From a bacterium (GTDB taxonomy: Bacteria; Patescibacteriota; Minisyncoccia; JAJYZQ01): a DNA stretch of 25,158 nt. The position numbers and the translations under genes are program-made. The notes under the pieces are model-generated. The model was given only the letters and a program-made list of their open reading frames with translations, ran no database searches and had not been told where the DNA came from. The stretch lies in assembly GCA_021799835.1 (NCBI GenBank), contig JAJYZQ010000001.1:1-25158 (forward strand). Reading direction: 5' to 3'. Position 1 is the first letter of the stretch; each line of letters starts with the position of its first letter. Positions 1 through 7,189 of this stretch are shown here, piece by piece.

Positions 1-35
1 TTGACGCAAAAATGGCATTGTTTATTTATGGCCAT
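1..35 (-). CDS. rpsR: 30S ribosomal protein S18, N-terminal fragment (runs off the window)
   Basis: ATG at 35 reads MAINKQCHFCV. It has the CxxC of zinc-type S18 and lies directly after ssb in the conserved rpsF-ssb-rpsR operon. Confidence 0.8.
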   Translation of the reverse strand, partial: MAINKQCHFCV

Positions 36-98
36 ATATAACACTATTAGTAATTATTGTTTTTGTGATAGCTGGGATCGCTGATCAGCAGATGGAGA

Positions 99-575
99 TT
101 AAAAAGGAATATCTTCCAGGTCTTCTTCCGACAGCATATCCTCTTCTTCAATGACGGGGATATCCTGTTTTGCTGCTGTGGGCTTTGCGGGAGTGTGCGG
201 TCGTCCTGTCGCACTACCACCGCCACTTTCCCTTCCGCCAGCTTCAGACCCGCGCGGACCCATCTGCATGCTTTCGGCGACGATCTCGGTCCGATAGCGC
301 TTACCGCCGCTCTGATCTTCCCAGCTGCGCGTCTGTAAGCGGCCTTCAACGAGAACCAGCTTGCCTTTTATAAGATATTGGTGGGCGATATCCGCAAGCT
401 TGCCAAAGAATACCACGCTATGAAATTCGGTTGCTTGCTGTTTGTTGCCGCTTGCGTCGTTCCAGACGCGATTCGTTGCAACACGAATAGTCGTTACACT
501 TCTCCCATCAGGCAATGCCCGATTTTCCGGATCTTGTACGACATTCCCGACGATGATCACTTTGTTAAAATTCAT
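99..575 (-). CDS. ssb: Single-stranded DNA-binding protein
   Basis: NKVIIVGNV...[33 protein letters not shown]; Gly-rich linker; acidic C-terminal DIPF. Confidence 0.98.
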   Translation of the reverse strand: MNFNKVIIVGNVVQDPENRALPDGRSVTTIRVATNRVWNDASGNKQQATEFHSVVFFGKLADIAHQYLIKGKLVLVEGRLQTRSWEDQSGGKRYRTEIVAESMQMGPRGSEAGGRESGGGSATGRPHTPAKPTAAKQDIPVIEEEDMLSEEDLEDIPF

Positions 576-592
576 AGGGATAACAAGTAATT

Positions 593-1204
593 CTACTTTA
601 CTCCCTGCAATATTTTATCGAGTTCTTCGTCTATTTTTTTTAGCGTTTCTTCCTTGTTTTCTGCCTCTTCTGCGGCGTTATGCTCTGCAGGTGCAGAAGG
701 ATCTTCTCCCGGCTCCGCGGTTTGGTCAGGAGCGGATGGCGCATCATCTGTGGACTTTTCTTCCGCTATAGTTTCTGCCGGCGTTGCAGGAATGTGAGTG
801 GGACGTGTAGCGTGCGGTGCTTCCGGAGCAGCGCTTGCTGGCTCCGCATTTTGGCTTGTTGCCACTGCATTGAGCGTGGATGAAGCGAACAATGGCGCTT
901 GCGCAATATCCTTGGTGTTGCGGCCAATGCCAATGCGCAAGATATTCTTGCTATTTTTCAATATGTGTACTATTTGCATAGGATCTTTTTCCGCAGTAAA
1001 GGTAACTGCACAAAAGTAACCATTGGAAAAATGCCGCACTGTGTACGGAAGTTTTTTCTTAAATGGCGCTACAGTCTGTTGTATCGTAATGCCGCGCGAT
1101 CTTACCTTATCATCAATGCTTTCCAGTTCCGCTTGTGCTTCCTGGGGCGTGAGAGTGGGCGCAAAAATAATGATTGCTTCGTAAAGATTGTCGGTCTGAT
1201 TCAT
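593..1204 (-). CDS. rpsF: 30S ribosomal protein S6 (divergent) with a ~105-aa C-terminal extension
   Basis: [18 protein letters not shown] and ILR follow the S6 pattern in the first ~96 aa; first gene of rpsF-ssb-rpsR. Confidence 0.85.
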   Translation of the reverse strand: MNQTDNLYEAIIIFAPTLTPQEAQAELESIDDKVRSRGITIQQTVAPFKKKLPYTVRHFSNGYFCAVTFTAEKDPMQIVHILKNSKNILRIGIGRNTKDIAQAPLFASSTLNAVATSQNAEPASAAPEAPHATRPTHIPATPAETIAEEKSTDDAPSAPDQTAEPGEDPSAPAEHNAAEEAENKEETLKKIDEELDKILQGVK

Positions 1205-1236
1205 AAAATAAAGGGTGTGGACAACTAATTTGCTTC

Positions 1237-1265
1237 ACGCTAACACAAAACTGCTGAAATTGCAA
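1237..1265 (-). promoter_or_regulatory. Putative sigma70 promoter of the rpsF operon
   Basis: TTGCAA-17 bp-TAGCGT with a TGn extension, just upstream of rpsF. Confidence 0.5.
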
Positions 1266-1268
1266 CCT

Positions 1269-2309
1269 TCATATCTTAAACTCAATCACGTCTCCGTCGG
1301 CTACAATATAATCCTTTCCGCAGGTCTGTACCCAACCGTTCTTTGCGGCTTGCGGCCATCCGCCCGCAGCGAGCAACTTATCCCAAGGCACGACCATAGC
1401 TTTAATGAACTGCTCTTGAAAATCAGAATGGATGGCTGACCCTGCAACCGGTGCAGTGCTGCCGCGAACAATGGTCCATGCGCGTGTTTCATCCTCACCG
1501 GTCGTAAAAAAAGTGATCAGGCCGAGAGATTGATATGCGCGCGTGATCAGCTCATCAACATGGGCAGCAACGCCGAGCTCTTCTTGCTCTGCGAGAGACA
1601 GATCGCTGGCGTCTAATTCATTGCGGATATTGAGATAAATGAAATCAATGCCGGGCAAGGTTATCTGCTCGCTTTCGTGCGCCACATTCAGCACATAGAG
1701 AAAAGGCTTATGCGTCAGAAGGGTAAGCGGTTGAAGCACTTCGGATTCTTCGGCAGAAAAGCCGACTGCTGAAGCGAGTACGCCATCATTTAAGGCTTTT
1801 TGCGCTTTTTCTAATGTTGCTATTTTGAAAAGCTGTTCTTTTGCCGCTCCCGCTTTGAGATCGCTTTTCGCTTTTTCAAGCGCTCGCCCGATAGTTTCCA
1901 GATCTTTCAGGACAAGCTCAGTATTGATAACCTCAATATCGCGCTGAGGGTCGGGGTTGCTCAACGTGTGAATAATGGATGGATCAGAGAATCCGCGCAC
2001 CACTTCACAAATGGCATCCACCTCACGAATGTGGGAAAGGAATTTATTGCCCAGGCCTTCGCCTGCGGCAGCGCCTTTGACAAGCCCCGCAATATCAACG
2101 AATTCTACAATAGCAGAGATAGTCTTTGCAGAATGAGAAAGAGCGGAGAGCTGCTCAAGCCGCGGATCGGCAACGCTTACCACGCCAACATTCGGATCAA
2201 TGGTGGTGAAGGGGTAGTTAGCAATATCTATTTTGGTTTTTGTAAGCGCCGAAAATAATGTTGATTTACCCACATTCGGCAGCCCCACAATGCCAACCTT
2301 CAGATTCAT
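1269..2309 (-). CDS. ychF: Redox-regulated ATPase YchF (Obg family), 346 aa
   Basis: [43 protein letters not shown] and C-terminal [14 protein letters not shown]. Start set at ATG 2309 because the longer ORF overlaps ymdB. Confidence 0.97.
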   Translation of the reverse strand: MNLKVGIVGLPNVGKSTLFSALTKTKIDIANYPFTTIDPNVGVVSVADPRLEQLSALSHSAKTISAIVEFVDIAGLVKGAAAGEGLGNKFLSHIREVDAICEVVRGFSDPSIIHTLSNPDPQRDIEVINTELVLKDLETIGRALEKAKSDLKAGAAKEQLFKIATLEKAQKALNDGVLASAVGFSAEESEVLQPLTLLTHKPFLYVLNVAHESEQITLPGIDFIYLNIRNELDASDLSLAEQEELGVAAHVDELITRAYQSLGLITFFTTGEDETRAWTIVRGSTAPVAGSAIHSDFQEQFIKAMVVPWDKLLAAGGWPQAAKNGWVQTCGKDYIVADGDVIEFKI

Positions 2310-2438
2310 AGGTCGTGATGAATGCTGCCCGTAATCTACTGCATATACAGGAAAATAACAAGGGGGAAATGCAGTGTGCAATGTCGCTGCAGCGAGTCCC
2401 GCTCGCATTTTGATAGGATTCTGATATGATGGAGGCAT

Positions 2439-3239
2439 ATGCGAGTCATATTTTTTGGTGATATTTTTGGCCGGCCGGGACGAGAAGCGCTTATACAAGC
2501 GCTGCCTGATATTATACGGCGCGAGCAGCCGGATTTTGTTATTGCAAATGCTGAAAATATTGCGCATGGCATGGGAGTTACTAAAAAAGCGCTCAGCGAG
2601 CTGCTCCCGTTTCCTCTGGATTGTTTCACCAGCGGCAACCATATCTTTGCGCTCAAAGAAGCGGGAGAATTGCTCAATGACGAATCATACCGCCTGCTTC
2701 GCCCGGCAAATTGGTATCCCGAAACGCCGGGGTTGGGCGTGCGGATCATAGAGAAAAAAGGGAAAAAGCTTGCGGTGATCAATCTTATGGGCCAGGTGTT
2801 TATGAAGCAGAAAGTTTTATCGCCCCTTTGGGAGCTGCGGCGGATCGTATCGGAAGTTGCGCAGGAGACCAGAAATATCCTTGTTGACTTTCACGCGGAG
2901 GCGACGAGCGAGAAGAAAGCATTTGGTATATTTGCTGATGGCGTAGTAAGCGCAGTGCTTGGCACGCACACGCACATACCTACTGCCGATGAGCAGATTC
3001 TTTCTGCAGGAACCGCATATATCAGCGATGTTGGTATGGTGGGTCCATTCGGTTCAGTGTTGGGGCTTGATGCTCGGGGCGTTATTGAAAACTATCTCAC
3101 ACAGCGCTATGCGCATTTTGAGCCGTGGAGTGGTGACCGCGTGGAGATAAACTTTGTCGTTGTAGATATTGATGAGAAAACCGGTACAGCGACAGCTATT
3201 CGCCGTGAGCGATTGATCGTTCAAAACAATGCAATATGA
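2439..3239 (+). CDS. ymdB: YmdB-like metallophosphoesterase (TIGR00282 type)
   Basis: GDIFG, NAENIAHG, TSGNH, RPAN, DFHAEATSEK, GTHTH, SDVGMVGP; GGAGG Shine-Dalgarno before the ATG. Confidence 0.93.
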   Translation: MRVIFFGDIFGRPGREALIQALPDIIRREQPDFVIANAENIAHGMGVTKKALSELLPFPLDCFTSGNHIFALKEAGELLNDESYRLLRPANWYPETPGLGVRIIEKKGKKLAVINLMGQVFMKQKVLSPLWELRRIVSEVAQETRNILVDFHAEATSEKKAFGIFADGVVSAVLGTHTHIPTADEQILSAGTAYISDVGMVGPFGSVLGLDARGVIENYLTQRYAHFEPWSGDRVEINFVVVDIDEKTGTATAIRRERLIVQNNAI

Positions 3240-3248
3240 CGCCAAGTA

Positions 3249-3276
3249 TTGCCATGCTTGGCTTATTTGCTATACT
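3249..3276 (+). promoter_or_regulatory. Putative promoter of hup
   Basis: TTGCCA-16 bp-TATACT with a TGn extension. Confidence 0.55.
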
Positions 3277-3327
3277 TACCTCAGGGAAAAGGTCGAAGAC
3301 ATTTCATAACTAGTAACGGAACGGCTT

Positions 3328-3600
3328 ATGAATAAGGAACAAATGGTTGAAGCCATTGCGAAAAAAACCGGCCTTTCAAAAAAAGATGCCGCCAATGCTC
3401 TTGCCACCGTGTTGGATGTTGTGCAATCCGAACTCTCTAAGGGACACTCTGTGGTGTTCACTGGATTCGGTACGTTTGCCGTCGCCAAAAGAAAGGCGCG
3501 GGAAGGTGTTAATCCGCGCACGGGCGAGAAAATAAAAATCGCAGCGACCAAAGTGCCAAAATTTAAAGCAGGCAGAACGTTAAAGGATGCCGTAAAGTAA
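3328..3600 (+). CDS. hup: DNA-binding protein HU
   Basis: MNKEQMVEAIA...GFGTF...RKAREGVNPRTGEKIKI...PKFKAGRTLKDAVK. Confidence 0.98.
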   Translation: MNKEQMVEAIAKKTGLSKKDAANALATVLDVVQSELSKGHSVVFTGFGTFAVAKRKAREGVNPRTGEKIKIAATKVPKFKAGRTLKDAVK

Positions 3601-3620
3601 GATTTTGGCAATTTTTCTAT

Positions 3621-3652
3621 AACTAAAACCCCGCCTTGGCGGGGTTTTAGTT
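3621..3652. terminator. Bidirectional intrinsic terminator between convergent hup and rny
   Basis: Perfect 15-bp inverted repeat AACTAAAACCCCGCC-tt-GGCGGGGTTTTAGTT with A/T tracts on both sides. Confidence 0.85.
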
Positions 3653-3696
3653 TGGTAGCTTGTGAATAGGTATACGAGAAACGGTACAAGGGGAAA

Positions 3697-5214
3697 TTAT
3701 CGGGCATATTCCACGATGCGGGATTCCCGAATGACATTGACCTTTATTTCTCCGGGATATTTCAGTTCTTGTTCAATGTTTTTCGCAATGTCTTTGGCGA
3801 GATTCCACATCGCAACATCAGTGATCTTTTCCGGATTGACAAATACGCGGATTTCCCGGCCAGCCTGGATAGCGTAGGTCTTTTCCACGCCATCAAAATT
3901 ATTGGCGATCTTTTCCAGATCTTGCAAGCGATGGATGTAATTTTCTACGGTGTCTTTCCGAGCGCCTGGCCGTGCAGCAGAAATAGCTTCTGCAACCTTC
4001 ACGATAACGCCGGTCAAGCTCTTCTGCTCCACTTCTTCGTGGTGGGCAACGACCGCATCAATAACCGCTTCTTCAACATTGAATTTTTCCAATATTCTGC
4101 GGCCGATATCAATGTGCGTTCCTTGGATCTCATGGTCCAATGCTTTGCCAATATCGTGAAGCAATGCGGCTTTCTTAGCAACCATAATGTCTGTGCCAAG
4201 TTCTGCGGCAATAATGCCAGCAATATGCGCTGCTTCTATGGAGTGCATCAGGACGTTTTGCCCAAAGCTCGTGCGGAATTGCAGTCGTCCGACGAGGGCG
4301 ATCAAGCGCGGGTCAAGTCCCACTACGCCAACATCAAACACCGCATTCTCGCCGACGGTTTTCATCTGTTCGTTGATCTCCTCTTCGGCTTTTTCAACGA
4401 CTTCCTCAATGCGCGCCGGCTGTATGCGCCCGTCTTTGATCAGTTTCTCAAGAGCTGTTTTAGCAATTTGACGCCGCATAGGGTCAAATGCTGAGATAAC
4501 AACGAGTTCTGGCGTATCGTCAATGATCAGTTCTACGCCAGTTGCTTTTTCAAATGCGCGAATGTTGCGTCCTTCTTTGCCGATGATCCTGCCTTTAACT
4601 TCTTCATTCGGCAGGGCAACGGAAGATGTGGTAAGTTCTGCTGCGTGAGATGCCGAATACCGCTCCATAGCAGTAACGATGAGCTCTTCCACTTTCTTTT
4701 GCAACTCATCAGCGCCGTCGCGTGAGACCTTCACGATGCGGCTAAATAGCGCATCGGAGGCATCTTTCTCGACCTTCTTCAAAAGTTCTTCCCGAGCTTC
4801 TTGAGGAGTAAGGTTGGCAACATGCGCAAGTTCTTCTTCTTTCTTTTGTTTGATTGCGCGCACTTGCTCCATGAGATCTTCCGCGTCCTGTTTTTTGGTC
4901 TCCAAATCCCGCTCTTTATCTTCTAAGTTGCGGATTTTGCGCTCCAAATCGGCCTCTTTAGATTCTAATCGCCGTTCTACGCGTTTGAGCTCAGTTCTTC
5001 TCCCCTCCTCATCCTTTCTCGCCTCATCCAAGACCTTTACCGCCTTATCTTTTGCGGATAGAATGACTTCTTTTGCTTGGTCTTTGGCATCAGCTAAGGT
5101 CTTTTCTGCCCTTGCTTCCAATGTGTTCGCTTGCTGGACGGCAAGGTAGCGTCGTAAGCCGTAACCACCTGCAATACCTATTCCTAAGCTAACCAAGATG
5201 TAAATGGTTAGCAT
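3697..5214 (-). CDS. rny: Ribonuclease Y
   Basis: N-terminal TM helix, coiled coil, KH domain (GRIIGKEGRNIRAFE), HD domain (LLHDIGKA...SAARPGAR), C-terminal YPGEIKVNVIRE. Confidence 0.98.
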   Translation of the reverse strand: MLTIYILVSLGIGIAGGYGLRRYLAVQQANTLEARAEKTLADAKDQAKEVILSAKDKAVKVLDEARKDEEGRRTELKRVERRLESKEADLERKIRNLEDKERDLETKKQDAEDLMEQVRAIKQKKEEELAHVANLTPQEAREELLKKVEKDASDALFSRIVKVSRDGADELQKKVEELIVTAMERYSASHAAELTTSSVALPNEEVKGRIIGKEGRNIRAFEKATGVELIIDDTPELVVISAFDPMRRQIAKTALEKLIKDGRIQPARIEEVVEKAEEEINEQMKTVGENAVFDVGVVGLDPRLIALVGRLQFRTSFGQNVLMHSIEAAHIAGIIAAELGTDIMVAKKAALLHDIGKALDHEIQGTHIDIGRRILEKFNVEEAVIDAVVAHHEEVEQKSLTGVIVKVAEAISAARPGARKDTVENYIHRLQDLEKIANNFDGVEKTYAIQAGREIRVFVNPEKITDVAMWNLAKDIAKNIEQELKYPGEIKVNVIRESRIVEYAR

Positions 5215-5239
5215 ACAATGATCTTAAATGTACTAATAA

Positions 5240-5268
5240 ATTCTATTACATATATGCCGCTGTGTCAA
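5240..5268 (-). promoter_or_regulatory. Promoter of rny
   Basis: TTGACA-17 bp-TAGAAT about 25 nt upstream of the ATG. Confidence 0.75.
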
Positions 5269-5501
5269 ACGAGCCGGCAAGCGTGACAAACACATAATGC
5301 ATAGGTACCCTTTACAAATTTTTTGCAGAGCGTATAATGAAAACAATTATGGTATGCTCTATGGTAAAGGTAATGAGCATGCCATGATGATCATATTGTT
5401 CTTTGCCAATGATGAATTCCCTATTGTTTTGCTTGAGGTATTTTTTGTTGCATATACGCAAAGCTCGGAAGGGCATTCTCCGCAGAGCTGTGGCATAAAG
5501 T

Positions 5502-5648
5502 GAGGACACCTCCAATTCAGCCCGCCGGTTCTGTTGAATACCCTTTCTTCTTATGGTGTTGCAAGTAAAAAATAGCCGCTCTTTGTTTGCTCTTAAAGAG
5601 TGGTGGACTGCGGAGCCCCTTCAAAACAATAGAGAATGCTGCATCCTC
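5502..5648 (-). ncRNA. Candidate 6S-like structured RNA
   Basis: The ends pair (GAGGAUGC/GUGUCCUC). Further helices CAUUC/GAAUUG and GUUUUG/CAGAAC, an asymmetric central bubble and a terminal CUCUUU/AAAGAG stem. G-U pairs favour the minus strand. It lies upstream of rny. Confidence 0.45.
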
Positions 5649-5660
5649 GCGTTATTTATC

Positions 5661-5689
5661 TTGCTTTTTTCACTATTTGGCGGTACGTT
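5661..5689 (+). promoter_or_regulatory. Putative promoter of tRNA-Pro
   Basis: TTGCTT-17 bp-TACGTT about 28 nt upstream of the tRNA. Confidence 0.4.
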
Positions 5690-5717
5690 GATGATGTGTT
5701 GAATGGAAATATAGTTG

Positions 5718-5791
5718 CGGGATGTAGCACAATTGGCTAGTGCGCTGGTTTTGGGTACCAGAGGTTCCGGGTTCAAGTCCCGGCATCCCGA
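5718..5791 (+). tRNA. tRNA-Pro (anticodon TGG); CCA not encoded
   Basis: Acceptor CGGGATG/CATCCCG+A, D-arm TAGCACAATTGGCTAGTGC, anticodon arm CTGGT-TTTGGGT-ACCAG, T-loop GGTTCAAGTCC. Confidence 0.97.
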
Positions 5792-6402
5792 CAAGCGCGG
5801 CGATAGTATGTACTTTGTGCTTTATATTTTGTTTTGCGTGTTCGGCTCAAATAGAGGTCGTTTTTCCCTTGTAGCAAAAGGTTGCTTTTGGTATGTAATA
5901 CCCTAGGTTAGCTCTTTTGATGCTCTTACGGTGAGTAAAATTTTGATAGACCCTACTGAAGCAGTATTTATGCCTTGACGGATACTGGTCTTTGAGGTTT
6001 ATTGTTTTGCTGCGCATTACGGAGTATTTAACCTGAGGCGTATACTCTGAGTGTAAGTTTGGTAGAATTTCATTTTTGTACTGAACTATACCTCAGTTTA
6101 GATAGAATGATTATGTTATATATAATACAAAAGTTCTCTAAGAACTGTTGTTTCTTGAGGAACAAAGATTGAATTAATGCTATTGATAGTGCGTAGTATA
6201 TTGAAAGTATATAGAACGCGTATAACAATGGAGAATATGATTTAATGTAGTGAAATGTTTTGAAAGAACTATCCGGTACAAATAGTTATTTGTATGTATT
6301 TCAAGATAAAAATCTTCAGTTTTACTTGTAATGCTCTAGTTTTAGGTGGATCTTCTCATCGTTTTATCTCATAATAATGAATTGTTTAATTGTTTTCTTC
6401 CC

Positions 6403-6428
6403 CTACCCGTTCTTGAGAGAACGGGTAG
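6403..6428. repeat. Perfect 11-bp hairpin
   Basis: CTACCCGTTCT-tgag-AGAACGGGTAG, with outer TTCTTC/GAAGAA pairing. Confidence 0.8.
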
Positions 6429-6732
6429 TTGCGAGAAGAACAAGGCTTTAGGACTAGAGGAGCGTATTATAAGGGTAAGTTGTGTATTATTTACAAATTT
6501 CTGTGTATGAGAAGTGAATAATGTTCATAGCTTCGTCCACTTTATATAAAATATTTGCAGTAATTCATTATTTTTAATATAATAAACTATGTTCTTTTTG
6601 AACACTATATAGTTCTATAAGAACAACAGTAATAATAAGGATCTATTTGATAATTTGTAGGTAACCTTTAGAGTGTCTGAGGCATTAAAATGGTCAAAAT
6701 TTTATATGCAAGGATAATAAATATGCCTTGCG

Positions 6733-7035
6733 AACTGTGACAATTTTCATTGTTTTGTCACACTTCCAACTGTGACAATTTGATTCATTTTGTCACAGTT
6801 CCAACTAGGACAAAACATCATAATAATATATATCAATTAACTGTGACAATTCATAAAATACAAAATGCTATTTTATGGCTTTATAGAGCTGCAAAATGAC
6901 AATTTTGTCACAGCAGATTGTCACACTTCCAACTGTGACAATTGTCACAGTTCATTTACTCATTTTGTCACAGTTCATTTGTTCTGTTTTGTCACACTTC
7001 CAACTGTGACAATTTGATTCATTTTGTCACAGTTC
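6733..7035. repeat. Dense array of an 11-bp motif (AACTGTGACAA / TTGTCACA[G/C]TT) in both orientations
   Basis: Forward copies at 6733, 6768, 6839, 6931, 7002. Reverse copies at 6790, 6942, 6965, 7024, and a 1-mismatch variant at 6755, 6918, 6989. Degenerate copies at 6803, 6894, 6905. Exact 51-bp direct repeat at 6751-6801 and 6985-7035. Confidence 0.95.
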
Positions 7036-7189
7036 GCAGAGTACGTGCCATACGTGAGTTGTAGAGGTTTTTTCTCTCCACTAAACCGGTTTGTGGTGTG
7101 CATTGTACTAATTGTTATCTCATGGTTATAATAGAATGATTGAGGCTGGTATGTTGGCGACCGCTGTCCAATAACGTGATTGCTGCACT

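Larger units (their letters stand above)
5792..7189. other. 1.4-kb AT-rich non-coding region
   Basis: No ORF of 60 aa or more starts after 5715 until dnaE at 7190. Counted 60-nt lines give 13-30% GC (6541-6600: 8/60; 6181-6240: 18/60; 6241-6300: 15/60). Confidence 0.8.

Noticed and set aside
2339-2406. Palindromes in the ychF/ymdB intergenic region (TCGCTGCAGCGA; CTGCAT...ATGCAG)
   Set aside because: They are short, single-copy and match no motif I recognise; insufficient support.
2310-2642. 111-aa N-terminal extension of YchF in the ORF track
   Set aside because: It overlaps ymdB on the opposite strand; family similarity begins at ATG 2309.
5297-5515. Small ORFs 5297..5503 (+) and 5312..5515 (-)
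   Set aside because: No recognisable motifs or ribosome-binding site. They overlap each other, and the minus-strand one overlaps the candidate ncRNA; probably spurious.
6094-6121. dif site (TTATGTTATAT resembles the XerD arm)
   Set aside because: The left arm does not fit at 6-bp spacing, and such a match is expected by chance in very AT-rich DNA.
6934-6949. matS site (GTGACRNYGTCAC)
   Set aside because: The centre is 4 nt (AATT) rather than 3, and MatP is known from a few gammaproteobacterial orders.
6733-7035. CRISPR array (35-36 bp period, palindromic units)
   Set aside because: The units abut each other with no unique spacers, the orientation is mixed, and there are no cas genes in the window.
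6733-7035. Tn7/CAST-like transposon end with TnsB sites near a tRNA
   Set aside because: GTGACAA..TGTC is superficially similar, but there is no defined terminal TGT/ACA end, no partner end and no transposase in the window.
5792-7189. Hidden gene in an alternative genetic code
   Set aside because: ychF, ymdB and others end in TGA, so code 11 applies. In the stretches I translated by eye, stops were mainly TAA, which known bacterial recoding does not read through; a full alternative-code ORF scan was not run.
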